Assembly: GCA_963666345.1 (NCBI GenBank)
Contig: OY762721.1
Span: forward strand, 2,784,001 to 2,848,000
DNA: 64,000 nucleotides
Reading direction: 5' to 3'
Source of the DNA: Desulfatiglandales bacterium
GTDB taxonomy: Bacteria > Desulfobacterota > DSM-4660 > Desulfatiglandales > Desulfatiglandaceae
Shown: positions 18,605-30,105 of the stretch, piece after piece
Layout of the letters: each line of letters starts with the position of its first letter
Position numbering within the stretch: the first letter of the stretch is position 1
Program-made: the position numbers and the translations under genes
Notes under the pieces: model-generated
What the model was told of the DNA's origin: nothing
Seen by the model: only the letters and a program-made list of their open reading frames with translations
Databases searched by the model: none

Positions 18605-19477
18605 GTGAATCTGTTGACCGATAAAAAAGCCGTTTTAGGACCTGATAAAGAAAGGTACACTGCCAATCGCATAATCCGTGGCGATCAGGCCTCGGTGCCC
18701 CTGAATGCGGCGATCGTAGGCGGCGGGAAGGCTTGCTACAACCTTTTGAATATACTTGATAAAGATCGCCTTTCCGTGCTCAATATGAAGATCCTCGGGG
18801 TGGCTGACGTTGATTCGGAGGCGCCCGGTCTTGCGTACGCACGTGAGATGGGCCTTTTTACCACTTCCGATTTTGAAGAACTCTTCGGACTGGAGGGCCT
18901 TAATCTGCTGATAGAGCTTACCGGGTCGACAAAGATAAGGGAAGCCCTGATACGCAAGAAACCTATAGAGATATCCTCCATAGACCATCGAGGGGCCAGG
19001 CTTCTGTGGGATCTAATACAGATAGAGATCGAAAAGACCGAACTCCAGAAGGAACGACTCAGGGCCGAAAAGAAGAGAAAGGATCACATCCAGGTGATAC
19101 TGGATTCTCTCCCCTATCGCATCATGGTGGTAAATCTCGATATGACCATTGATACGGTTAACAGGACCTTCCTGCAGGGATTCGGGTTCAAGAGAAGTGA
19201 AGTGATAGGGGAAAAGTGCCACCAAATAAGATACGGAAAAAGCAGCCCTTGCAGCGAAACAGGCACTGCATGTATCCTGCAACATGGTATTGAGGAATTA
19301 AAAAGGCAGGGGCTTTTCAGCACTATGAAGGAGTATAGGGACAGGGAGGGAAAGACAAGATTCGACGTTATTACCATTGCACCTATCTTTGATGATGATG
19401 GTAATATCGTTCAGATCCTGGAGACATCAAGGGATGTCACGGGAAGGATCAAGACCATGACCGGGACCGGTCAATAA
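18605..19477 (+). CDS. Rossmann-like (GGGK) domain + PAS protein with no output domain
   Basis: AAIVGGGKAC..ILGVAD N-terminus, coiled linker, PAS/PAC (ILDSLP..VN..GEKCH..SRDVT), stop right after the PAC; start uncertain. Confidence 0.75.
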   Translation: MNLLTDKKAVLGPDKERYTANRIIRGDQASVPLNAAIVGGGKACYNLLNILDKDRLSVLNMKILGVADVDSEAPGLAYAREMGLFTTSDFEELFGLEGLNLLIELTGSTKIREALIRKKPIEISSIDHRGARLLWDLIQIEIEKTELQKERLRAEKKRKDHIQVILDSLPYRIMVVNLDMTIDTVNRTFLQGFGFKRSEVIGEKCHQIRYGKSSPCSETGTACILQHGIEELKRQGLFSTMKEYRDREGKTRFDVITIAPIFDDDGNIVQILETSRDVTGRIKTMTGTGQ

Positions 19478-19628
19478 CGGAAACTTGATTCGTTTTAGCC
19501 TTAATACCATGCAGTTTGCCGAAGGGGGGTGTATTCCGGAAAGGGGGTGAAAAGGGTTTAAATCGTAAGGTCTTCTGTTTTCTTCACAATCTTATCCTGT
19601 ATTAAAAATTGAACTAGGAGAGTTGAAA

Positions 19629-20204
19629 ATGAAAAAGATACTGCTTTTTTCTTTTGCTTTGATTTTTGCGTTAAGCGGGATTTCTCTTGCAGGCACGGAC
19701 TACAAATACCCTGTTAAGGCTTGCCATGACGGCGGTGACATCACCCCGGCCAAGGCCCATGAAATGGTTTCAAAGGATCAGGCTCATACCTTCATAGTTG
19801 ATTGCAGGACAAGGGCTGAGTATGAATTCGTGGGTCATCCTGAGGGCGCTTATAATATCCCTCTTCAATTTTTGACCAACAAACTGGGGAAAAAGGGCTA
19901 TGACAAGGTAGCAAACGAAAACTTCGGAAAGGATCTTCTTTCCCGTTTCAACCCGAAGACCGATACCCTTATCTTTATGTGCCGGAGCGGTAAAAGAAGT
20001 TGCATGAGCTGTTGCGAGGCCGCAAAGGCAGGGTTTTCAGCCGACAAGCTCTTTAATATGATGGGCGGATTTGAAGGAGACAAGGTTTCATATAAAGGAA
20101 GCGCCTATCATGGTAAGAGAAAGGTCGGGGGATGGCGAAATGAAGGCCTTCCCTGGAGTTACCATATGGATGCAAAGCTTGCCTATCAACCGGCTGCAAA
20201 ATAG
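19629..20204 (+). CDS. Secreted rhodanese-domain sulfurtransferase
   Basis: Sec-type signal peptide; DCRTRAEY..GHP.GA.NIP, CRSGKR active site, GGFEG, GWRNEGLPW. Confidence 0.88.
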   Translation: MKKILLFSFALIFALSGISLAGTDYKYPVKACHDGGDITPAKAHEMVSKDQAHTFIVDCRTRAEYEFVGHPEGAYNIPLQFLTNKLGKKGYDKVANENFGKDLLSRFNPKTDTLIFMCRSGKRSCMSCCEAAKAGFSADKLFNMMGGFEGDKVSYKGSAYHGKRKVGGWRNEGLPWSYHMDAKLAYQPAAK

Positions 20205-20225
20205 ACGCACCCTGTAATCATTTTT

Positions 20226-20376
20226 GATGCATTCGCAAAAAGTCAAAATTGAGACGGCACAGTAGAAAGTTCAAATGCAAGGCTTGCAAATCTTGAGGAA
20301 TGAGGAGTACATATAGTACGCCGCAATGATGAAAGATGAAGCATAACGCAGCAGTTGGACTTTCTACTGTGCCGTC
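20226..20376. repeat. MITE/REP-like repeat with 22-bp terminal inverted repeats
   Basis: gacggcacagtagaaagttcaa (from 20253) and ttggactttctactgtgccgtc (to 20376), 1 mismatch; extra end-like copy gatgcattcgcaaaaagtc at 20226. Confidence 0.8.
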
Positions 20377-20625
20377 ATTTTTGAAAGGTCTGTTATCTCT
20401 GCGATGGCGGGCCTTTCAATTTTTCATGATCTCCTTGTCTTCTTCAAGCGCCCCTCAAGCCGGCCGCTTTTTCCGCCGTAATGTCTTCGCAGATTTAAAC
20501 GGTAAATCCTCAGCCCGTTAGCCCCGGATCCGCATAAAGGCCTATGATCAGATTTCAGATAATTTAGGTCCGTCTGAGGTTGAACCTGCCTTAAACCCGT
20601 TGACATGAAGTGACCTTTCGGCTAA

Positions 20626-21960
<1,335 letters not shown>

Positions 21961-22056
21961 TATAAAAGGATTGTTCCTTTTTTAGACTATGGTCCTCAGG
22001 AGCATTTCCTGTTGAAGTAGTGTTTCACGAGGACCGGCCTGCTTTACTGAAATCTG

Positions 22057-23958
22057 GTGAAAATGTCTAACTTCGACAAGATCTACGATGTTATAGTGGT
22101 GGGAGCCGGCCATGCCGGCTGCGAGGCCGCCCTGGCCTCCGCCAGGATGGGCCACCCGACTCTCCTTTTGACCATAAATCTGGACAATACAGCCGCCATG
22201 AGCTGCAACCCCGCCATAGGCGGGCTTGCAAAGGGTCACCTGGTAAAAGAAATCGACGCCCTGGGCGGAGAAATGGCCAAAAACGCCGATCACACGGGCA
22301 TTCAGTTCAGGCGGCTCAATACCAGAAAGGGACTGGCTGTTCAGGGTTCAAGGTCTCAAAACGACATGGATCTGTATCGAAGGAGGATGAAATCGGTCCT
22401 GGAATCGCAGCCGAATCTCGACATTCGCCAGGCAATGGTTGAAAGGCTTCTGATCAAAGATGACACGGTCCGCGGGGTTGAAAATCAGTTCCATGAAAAA
22501 TTTCCGGGCAAGACCGTTATCCTTACCGCGGGCACATTCCTGCGGGGGCTGATCCATGTCGGCCTTGATAATTTTCCCGCAGGCCGTCTTGGGGATCCTC
22601 CGGCATTGGGATTATCCCGGCAGTTGAATGACCTGGGATTTGATCTGGGAAGACTCAAGACAGGCACAACACCGAGACTGAACGGGAGAACGATCGATTT
22701 TAAAGGCCTTACAGAACAGAAAGGAGACAGGGATCCAAGGCCCTTTTCCTTTTCAACAGAAAAACTCCCCTTGCCGCAGGTCTCCTGTTTTATAACCTAC
22801 ACGAATGAGAAGACGCATGAAATAATAAGGGAAGGCCTGAATCGTTCCCCGCTTTTCAGCGGCGTGATCGAGGGAACCGGTGCCAGGTATTGCCCGTCCA
22901 TAGAAGACAAGATAGTAAGGTTTAAGGAAAAAAGCAGGCACCAGGTCTTTCTGGAACCTGAGGGCCTTGATACGGTTGAGATTTATCCGAACGGTATCCC
23001 GACAAGCCTGCCCATGGATATACAGATAAGGATGGTGCGCTCGATTCAAGGTCTTGAAAAGGCGGAAATCCTGAGGCCCGGATATGCAATCGAATACGAC
23101 TATATCGACCCTATTCAGCTCAAACCCACCCAGGAAACAAAGCTTATAGGAGGGCTGTATCATGCAGGACAGATAAACGGCACCTCCGGATATGAAGAGG
23201 CGGCCGCTCAGGGTCTTCTGGCCTCTATAAACGCAGTATTGAAGATCCGCGGAGAACAACCCCTCATCCTCAAGAGGTCGGAGGCGTATGCAGGCGTCCT
23301 GATTGATGACCTTGTCACAAAAGGTACCAGGGAACCCTACCGGATGTTTACCTCCAGGGCGGAGCACCGGCTTCTTCTGCGCGAGGATAATGCGGATTTC
23401 AGACTGAGGGATCTGGGCCGCAGACTGGGCCTGGTATCGGATGATGTTTATGAGGATTTCCGCAGGAAGCGGGCCCTGGTGGATGAGCTTCTTGAACGCC
23501 TTGAAAGGGTCGTAATAAGGCCTGATACCTCTGTGAACGAAAGGCTGGCAGCCATCGGCACGGTAGAGGTGAAAAACACCCTTTCCCTGGCTCAACTCCT
23601 GAAGAGGACCGACATATTCTTTGAAGACCTGATCGGTTTTGATCCGGGATTGTCTGAAACGAGAAAAGATGTCTCCCTTGAGGTTGAGACCCGGATAAAG
23701 TATGAAGGCTACATCGACAGGCAGGAAAGACAGGTCGAAAAGATGGCCCGTATAGAGGCGGTAAATATTCCGCAGGATACGGATTACCAGGTAATCCACG
23801 GTCTTACCTCGGAAGTGAGAGAAAAACTGGGGAGAGTCAGACCCGTTTCGCTTGGACAGGCCTCACGAATATCAGGCATAACACCTGCCGCCATAATGGC
23901 GATACAGATCCATCTCAAAAGGGCCAGGTCGGAGCAGGCCGCCTCAGGGGATATTTGA
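22057..23958 (+). CDS. mnmG: tRNA uridine-5-carboxymethylaminomethyl modification enzyme MnmG/GidA
   Basis: [44 protein letters not shown]; start may be 22063. Confidence 0.97.
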   Translation: MKMSNFDKIYDVIVVGAGHAGCEAALASARMGHPTLLLTINLDNTAAMSCNPAIGGLAKGHLVKEIDALGGEMAKNADHTGIQFRRLNTRKGLAVQGSRSQNDMDLYRRRMKSVLESQPNLDIRQAMVERLLIKDDTVRGVENQFHEKFPGKTVILTAGTFLRGLIHVGLDNFPAGRLGDPPALGLSRQLNDLGFDLGRLKTGTTPRLNGRTIDFKGLTEQKGDRDPRPFSFSTEKLPLPQVSCFITYTNEKTHEIIREGLNRSPLFSGVIEGTGARYCPSIEDKIVRFKEKSRHQVFLEPEGLDTVEIYPNGIPTSLPMDIQIRMVRSIQGLEKAEILRPGYAIEYDYIDPIQLKPTQETKLIGGLYHAGQINGTSGYEEAAAQGLLASINAVLKIRGEQPLILKRSEAYAGVLIDDLVTKGTREPYRMFTSRAEHRLLLREDNADFRLRDLGRRLGLVSDDVYEDFRRKRALVDELLERLERVVIRPDTSVNERLAAIGTVEVKNTLSLAQLLKRTDIFFEDLIGFDPGLSETRKDVSLEVETRIKYEGYIDRQERQVEKMARIEAVNIPQDTDYQVIHGLTSEVREKLGRVRPVSLGQASRISGITPAAIMAIQIHLKRARSEQAASGDI

Positions 23959-24295
23959 GCAACCCGGTTTTTTTCCTTTGATCCTCTGGACATTTTTTAA
24001 CCGACATTGTAAAAATTAAACGGCATTTGCCCTGTGTGTCCTCTGTAACCGGTAAATGAGTGCGCCTTTGTCACATCGCAGTTTGTCTCATTGTAGAAGA
24101 TACGGTTTTTGGTGCAGGGTTGGGAAAAATGGTGTGGCCTTAATTGATCGGGAATAGTGCCTGAAGTTGTGGAGTCGCTTCACTGCGTTATCTTTAAAAA
24201 GAGCAATCTCCCTTTACTTTAGGTATCCCGGGCATTTGGCTAACTTTAGCCATTCTGAAACCGGGCATATATGGGTTATTCCAATGGAGGGGTGA

Positions 24296-24580
24296 ATGAA
24301 AGCCGACATAAGCAAAGACCAGTGGGTCTGGGTGGTCATACAGGATCCGGGAGAAAAGGAGCTTTTTCTTGGCCAGCATGATGAGGAGAAGGGGATATCC
24401 TATATCCCGATCTTTCTTGAAAAAGAGGCGGCCGGCAAGGGTATCAATTTCCTGGCCAAAGAAGAGGGACATAAGTATGAAATTCAGGCCATACAATACG
24501 GGCATCTGTTAACGGATGCCGTAAAGGCGGGCTTTAACATCCTGTTGATGGATGATTCCGGAAACCGGGTCGAAATATAG
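24296..24580 (+). CDS. Hypothetical protein
   Basis: GGAGGG RBS before the ATG; 94-aa ORF with protein-like composition. Confidence 0.65.
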   Translation: MKADISKDQWVWVVIQDPGEKELFLGQHDEEKGISYIPIFLEKEAAGKGINFLAKEEGHKYEIQAIQYGHLLTDAVKAGFNILLMDDSGNRVEI

Positions 24581-24648
24581 CAACCAAGGCCCGGACAAAA
24601 ATTATCGTGTGTCTTTTTCGACTTTTTCTTTTTTTAAAGGAGAGAGAA

Positions 24649-25290
24649 ATGGGCTGGTTCATCGGCAACTTTTCATCATCCATAGGCAAAAAGCAGGTTA
24701 TGGCCTTGACGGGCTTTCTTTTTTGTTCTTTTGTGGCGGTGCACCTTTTCGGAAATTTGAGCATATACGGAGGAAAGGAATTTTTCGGCTCCTATGCCGA
24801 GCACCTTCACTCCCTGGGAGTGCTTATAAATCTTGCGGAACTGGGCCTTTTGATCTCCGCTCTCTTCCATGTCGCACTTGCAGCGCTTCTCTATTTTGAA
24901 AACCTGCGTGCCAGACCGACCCGGTATGTAATGAAAAAAAATGCGGGCGGCCGCACGTTGAGTTCCTCGCTCATGCCCTATACGGGAGCCTATCTCATCT
25001 TTTTCGTATTGATACATCTTCTGACATTCCATTTTGTCGAGCATACCCCGGAAAACGTCTACGACCTTGTGAAGGATGTGTTTTCCAGCCTTGGCTACGT
25101 CGGATTCTATATCTTTTCCATGGTGGTGGTCGCGATTCATGTAAAGCATGGCTTCTGGAGCGCGTTTCAGACCGTGGGGGCCAATCACGGCAAGTATATG
25201 CCGTTCATAAGGTTCGCAGGCCTTGCGCTTAGCCTGCTCATCGGTGTCGGCTTTTCTTCAATTCCTTTATTTGTTTTTTCAAGGGGGTAA
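24649..25290 (+). CDS. sdhC: Succinate dehydrogenase/fumarate reductase cytochrome b subunit
   Basis: [13 protein letters not shown], five TM helices with His ligands, HGFWSAFQT. Confidence 0.9.
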   Translation: MGWFIGNFSSSIGKKQVMALTGFLFCSFVAVHLFGNLSIYGGKEFFGSYAEHLHSLGVLINLAELGLLISALFHVALAALLYFENLRARPTRYVMKKNAGGRTLSSSLMPYTGAYLIFFVLIHLLTFHFVEHTPENVYDLVKDVFSSLGYVGFYIFSMVVVAIHVKHGFWSAFQTVGANHGKYMPFIRFAGLALSLLIGVGFSSIPLFVFSRG

Positions 25291-25298
25291 GGAGATCT

Positions 25299-27212
25299 AT
25301 GCAACTTGATTCAAAGGTGCCTGGCGGTCCGTTGGAGGAAAAGTGGGACAAACACCGCTTCGAGCTAAAGCTTGTTAATCCCGCCAACAAGAGGAAATTC
25401 GAGGTAATCGTGGTCGGGACCGGGCTGGCAGGTGCATCAGCGGCCGCCAGTCTGGCTGAGCTGGGTTACAAGGTAAAGGTCTTCTGCATCCAGGATACCC
25501 CAAGGCGTGCCCACAGTATCGCAGCGCAGGGGGGGATAAACGCCGCGAAAAATTATCCCGGTGACGGCGACAGTATCTGGAGATTGTTTTACGATACCGT
25601 AAAAGGGGGCGATTTCCGGGCAAGGGAGGCAAATGTCTATCGTCTTGCCCAGATAAGTAACCACATTATCGATCAATGCGTTGCCCAGGGGGTTCCATTT
25701 GCAAGGGAATACGGAGGGCTTCTTGCGAACCGGTCTTTTGGCGGAGCCCAGGTGTCAAGGACATTTTATGCCAGAGGTCAGACAGGACAGCAGTTATTGA
25801 TCGGGGCCTACAGCGCGCTCATGAGGCAGGCGGCAAGCGGCAGGCTGGAGATATTCCCCCGCCGTGAAATGATGGATCTTGTGACAAAGGAGGGCAGGGC
25901 AAGGGGGATCGTGGTAAGGAATCTTATCTCGGGCCGGCTTGAAAGCTATTCGGCCCATGCCGTGATACTGGCAACCGGTGGATACGGCAATGCATATTTT
26001 TTATCGACAAACGGCATGAGCTCAAATGTAAGCGCCATATGGCGGGCTCATAAGAGGGGCGCCCTGTTCGCAAATCCTTCATTTGTCCAAATTCACCCGA
26101 CCTGCATCCCGGTTCATGGAGAATATCAGTCAAAGCTGACTCTTATGAGTGAGAGTCTGAGAAACGACGCCAGGGTCTGGGTTCCGAAAAAAAAGGGTGA
26201 TTCCAGACCTCCCGGTGAGATACCTGAATCGGAAAGGGATTACTATCTTGAAAGGAGATACCCAAGTTTCGGAAACCTTGTCCCACGGGACGTGGCATCA
26301 AGAAATGCCAAGCAGCAGTGTGACGAGGGAAGGGGTGTAGGCCCGACAGGATATGCCGTCTATCTCGATCTTAGAGATGCCATAGAAAGGGACGGCAGCG
26401 ATGTGATCAAAAAGAAATATGGCAACCTTTTCCAGATGTACGAAAGAATTACGGGCGAGGACCCCTATAACACCCCCATGATGATTTATCCCGCGGTTCA
26501 TTACGTCATGGGAGGGCTGTGGGTGGATTATAATCTGATGAGCACCATCCCTGGCCTTTTTGTCCTGGGGGAGGCCAATTTTTCAGACCATGGCTCAAAC
26601 CGCCTGGGGGCGAGCGCACTGATGCAGGGCCTGGCGGACGGATATTTTATTATCCCCTATACCTTGGGGGGGTATCTTGCCGGGACCGAATTTGCAAGCC
26701 TGGATGAAAACGACAGCGCCTTTAGAGATTCGGTGAATTCGGCATCTGAAGATATCAAGCGGCTTCTGTCGATCGACGGGAAAAGAACAGTGGATGATTT
26801 TCACAGGAAACTGGGGAAGATCCTCTGGGAACGGTGCGGCATGGCAAGGGATCAGGCCGGCATGCTGGAGGCAAAGGGCATTATCCCTGAACTGAGAGAG
26901 GAGTTCTGGGAAAACGTTACCATCCCGGGCAGTTCCGGCGAATTGAATCAGACCCTGGAAAGGGCGATCAGGGTGGCTGATTTTCTTGAATTCGGGGAAC
27001 TTCTTGTTGAAGACGCCCTGTCACGAGAGGAATCCTGTGGATGCCATTTCAATGTCGCCTGCCAGACGGAAGACCATGAGGCGCTAAGAAATGATGAAAC
27101 CGGTTGCTATGTTTCCGCCTGGGAGTTCAGAGGTGTGGGCAAAACCCCCGTTCTTCATAAAGAACCTCTTTCCTTTGAATTTGTCGAACTCACACAGAGG
27201 AGCTATAAATGA
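25299..27212 (+). CDS. sdhA: Succinate dehydrogenase/fumarate reductase flavoprotein subunit
   Basis: [37 protein letters not shown]. Confidence 0.95.
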   Translation: MQLDSKVPGGPLEEKWDKHRFELKLVNPANKRKFEVIVVGTGLAGASAAASLAELGYKVKVFCIQDTPRRAHSIAAQGGINAAKNYPGDGDSIWRLFYDTVKGGDFRAREANVYRLAQISNHIIDQCVAQGVPFAREYGGLLANRSFGGAQVSRTFYARGQTGQQLLIGAYSALMRQAASGRLEIFPRREMMDLVTKEGRARGIVVRNLISGRLESYSAHAVILATGGYGNAYFLSTNGMSSNVSAIWRAHKRGALFANPSFVQIHPTCIPVHGEYQSKLTLMSESLRNDARVWVPKKKGDSRPPGEIPESERDYYLERRYPSFGNLVPRDVASRNAKQQCDEGRGVGPTGYAVYLDLRDAIERDGSDVIKKKYGNLFQMYERITGEDPYNTPMMIYPAVHYVMGGLWVDYNLMSTIPGLFVLGEANFSDHGSNRLGASALMQGLADGYFIIPYTLGGYLAGTEFASLDENDSAFRDSVNSASEDIKRLLSIDGKRTVDDFHRKLGKILWERCGMARDQAGMLEAKGIIPELREEFWENVTIPGSSGELNQTLERAIRVADFLEFGELLVEDALSREESCGCHFNVACQTEDHEALRNDETGCYVSAWEFRGVGKTPVLHKEPLSFEFVELTQRSYK

Positions 27213-27973
27213 GCGAAACCATCAATTTGACTCTCAAGGTATGGCGGCAAAAGGGACCAGAGGAAAAGGGAGGCATCAGGACATACGAGGCAAGGGATAT
27301 CTCAACGGACATGTCTTTTCTGGAGATGATCGATGTGGTCAATGAACGGCTTGTACTTGAGGGGATAGAGCCGATAGCCTTTGATCATGACTGTCGCGAG
27401 GGTATCTGCGGGATGTGTGGGGCGGTTGTGAACGGCATAGCTCATGGACCGCAAAAGGGAACTACCCTGTGCCAGTTGCACATGAGGCACTTCCAAGATG
27501 GCGACACAATCGTAATCGAGCCGTTCAGGGCGCGTGCCTTCAGGTTGATAAAGGATCTTGTGGTTGACCGAAGCGCCTTTGACAAGATCATTCAGGCAGG
27601 CGGCTATGTGTCCGTAAATACCGGCCAGGCACAGGAAGCCAATACTATCCCTATTGCGCCTGACAAGGTGGAGCTTGCCATGGACGCGGCAGCCTGCATA
27701 GGATGCGGCGCATGTGTCGCAGCCTGCCCTAACGCTTCAGCCATGCTGTTTACAGGCACGAAGATTTCACATCTGGCCTTGTTGCCTCAGGGAAAGGCCG
27801 AGGCATCGGCACGCGCCCTGTCCATGCTCAAGACCATGGATGAGATGGGGTTCGGCAACTGCAGCAATGAAACGGAGTGTGAGGCCGTATGCCCGAAGGA
27901 GATTTCCATCACGAATATCGCGCGATTCAACCGTGAGTTCTTAAAGGCTGCCATTGTTTCCTCAGAGAAATAG
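27209..27973 (+). CDS. sdhB: Succinate dehydrogenase/fumarate reductase Fe-S subunit
   Basis: [34 protein letters not shown]. Confidence 0.95.
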   Translation: MSETINLTLKVWRQKGPEEKGGIRTYEARDISTDMSFLEMIDVVNERLVLEGIEPIAFDHDCREGICGMCGAVVNGIAHGPQKGTTLCQLHMRHFQDGDTIVIEPFRARAFRLIKDLVVDRSAFDKIIQAGGYVSVNTGQAQEANTIPIAPDKVELAMDAAACIGCGACVAACPNASAMLFTGTKISHLALLPQGKAEASARALSMLKTMDEMGFGNCSNETECEAVCPKEISITNIARFNREFLKAAIVSSEK

Positions 27974-28130
27974 GGTGATCAGTTTATATTAAAAGACTGT
28001 AGGAAGCGCGGAAAATGAATATTAAGCAGATAATGAGGAACGTGCCGAAATGCCAGGATGATCGGATTGTTAAAGGACGTAATCCTTTGCGATACTTATA
28101 AAAAAGGGGTTTGGGGAGGACATTTTTTTC

Positions 28131-28159
28131 TTGACACCTCAATGCAATTTGTCTATAGA
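28131..28159 (+). promoter_or_regulatory. Candidate sigma70 promoter upstream of dsrT-dsrMKJOP
   Basis: TTGACA-N17-TATAGA. Confidence 0.5.
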
Positions 28160-28459
28160 GCTGCTTCAAAAGCAGTTGATTCTTACACGCATCCAAACCA
28201 ATTTTTGAGTCTTTCTTATTCTATTGACCGGCGATTTTCCGAAATGGAAGAGATGCTTTGCCATCCCGGAAGTTGACTTAAGGATAATGTCTAAGGAAGG
28301 CTTCTGGTTAGACCCTCAATATCTCCGCCTTAAGATAGATCGGGGCCTCAGTAGTTTTTTTTATTTTCGTGTTTAAGATTTCATCTTGAAAATTTCTTTT
28401 CAAAATGCAATTCATTGATCCTGTGATCTTTATGTGAGCCGATGCCCCAATACAGCAAA

Positions 28460-28975
28460 ATGGACTTAAAAACATATCTGGAACAAAATAGTGAAGCCAT
28501 TGTAAAAAAGTGGCGTGATGCGGTCGTTGATTCCTACCCAGGCGATTCTCGAAGGTTTTTGAGAAAGGAAAAGGATCAATTCGCAAATCCGGTCGGGCAT
28601 ATAATTACCAAGGACCTTGAAAGCCTGGTAAAAAGTCTGTCAGGGGATGAAACAATAGAAAACGCCTCCTTATGCCTTGAAAATATAATAAGGGTGAGAG
28701 CGGTTCAGGATTTCAAGCCTTCCGATGCGGTTGGATTTGTCATGGCCTTGAAGAGGATACTGAGGGAGTCCTTAAGGGAAAAAGGCATGGGTCAAGGAGA
28801 TGATTCCGAGATCCGTAAAGTCGAGGAAAGTATAGACCGGATGGCCCTTTTGGCTTTTGATATCTATTCGCAGTGCCGTCAGAAGATATTCGATATCCGC
28901 GTGAAGGAGGTCAAAAACCAGCTGGGAAAATTGCTGGAGCGTTCCAATTTGACATTTGAAATCCCCGAGGATTAG
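28460..28975 (+). CDS. dsrT: DsrT (RsbRD N-terminal-like domain protein)
   Basis: KDQFANPVG, IIRVRAVQDFKPS, AFDIY..CR motifs; position directly upstream of dsrM. Confidence 0.85.
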   Translation: MDLKTYLEQNSEAIVKKWRDAVVDSYPGDSRRFLRKEKDQFANPVGHIITKDLESLVKSLSGDETIENASLCLENIIRVRAVQDFKPSDAVGFVMALKRILRESLREKGMGQGDDSEIRKVEESIDRMALLAFDIYSQCRQKIFDIRVKEVKNQLGKLLERSNLTFEIPED

Positions 28976-29029
28976 ATTTTTTAAGGGGTGACAACAAAGA
29001 CAGTGCTATTTTAAGAGAGGTAGTGGTTT

Positions 29030-30103
29030 ATGAATTTCATACTGGGCATCCTCATTTCAGGCTTTGCAGTTACCTTGGTAGTCTTGATTCCATGGATCGG
29101 AGTGGCTGCTTTTGATCTGCGCACCTTTTTTGGGATCATAATACCTTATGTCGCCATGGCGACTTTTTTTATCGGGATAATCTACAGGGTTGTGGGGTGG
29201 GCCAGGTCTCCCGTGCCTTTCAGGATACCAACTACCGCAGGCCAGCAGTGGTCCTTCCCATGGATCAAGCCAAATCCGATTGACAACCCGAAAGGCGGGG
29301 GCGCCGCCCTGGTCAGGATGGTTTTTGAGGTACTCACTTTCAGGTCTCTATTCAGAAACACCAGACTGGAGTATCGAAGGGACGATGACGGGACACCCAG
29401 GGTCAACTACGAGTGGGAACTCTGGTTGTGGATTTCCGCGCTTGCCTTTCACTATTCGTTTTTTGTGATTTTTGTGAGGCATTTCAGGTTTTTCACCGAA
29501 CCTGTGCCATGGTTTGTTCATCTTCTGGAGAACCTCGACGGTTTCATGCAGCTCGGCTCTCTTCCCCTAAACGGTCTAGGGGTCCCTGGCATATACCTTA
29601 CGGACGGAATTCTGCTGGCTGCGGTGACATACCTTTTTGTAAGAAGGATCTATGTCGCTCAGACACGTTATATCTCTCTGCCTGCGGATTATTTCCCGCT
29701 TTTTCTGATACTGGCCCTCGGGTTGAGCGGGGTATTGATGAGATATTTTATCAGGGTGGATATCACCGCGGTAAAGGAACTGGCAGTCGGCCTCTTTAAA
29801 TTTAGCCCAAAGGCGCCTGAAGGAATAGGCGTGATATTTTATATCCATCTGTTTATAATAAGCGTCCTTATCGCATATTTTCCGTTCAGCAAACTTATGC
29901 ACTTCGCGGGAGTTTTCCTAAGTCCTACCAGAAATCTTGCCAATAACAACCGTTTTGTAAGACATTCAAATCCCTGGGATTATCCTGTTGAAACGCATAC
30001 CTATGAGGAATATGAGGATGAATTCAGGGGCCCCATGGTTGAGGCGGGCCTGCCCGTTGAAAAAGGGCTTGAGTCAACAGAAGAAAACGGAGAAAAGGAG
30101 TAG
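29030..30103 (+). CDS. dsrM: DsrM membrane cytochrome b
   Basis: SPVPFRIPTTAGQQ, FPFSKLMH, SPTRNLANN. Confidence 0.93.
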   Translation: MNFILGILISGFAVTLVVLIPWIGVAAFDLRTFFGIIIPYVAMATFFIGIIYRVVGWARSPVPFRIPTTAGQQWSFPWIKPNPIDNPKGGGAALVRMVFEVLTFRSLFRNTRLEYRRDDDGTPRVNYEWELWLWISALAFHYSFFVIFVRHFRFFTEPVPWFVHLLENLDGFMQLGSLPLNGLGVPGIYLTDGILLAAVTYLFVRRIYVAQTRYISLPADYFPLFLILALGLSGVLMRYFIRVDITAVKELAVGLFKFSPKAPEGIGVIFYIHLFIISVLIAYFPFSKLMHFAGVFLSPTRNLANNNRFVRHSNPWDYPVETHTYEEYEDEFRGPMVEAGLPVEKGLESTEENGEKE

Positions 30104-30105
30104 AA

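Noticed and set aside
22753..23799. 348-aa antisense ORF, and the many other short overlapping ORFs
   Set aside because: They are shadows of well-supported genes such as mnmG and carry no recognisable motifs
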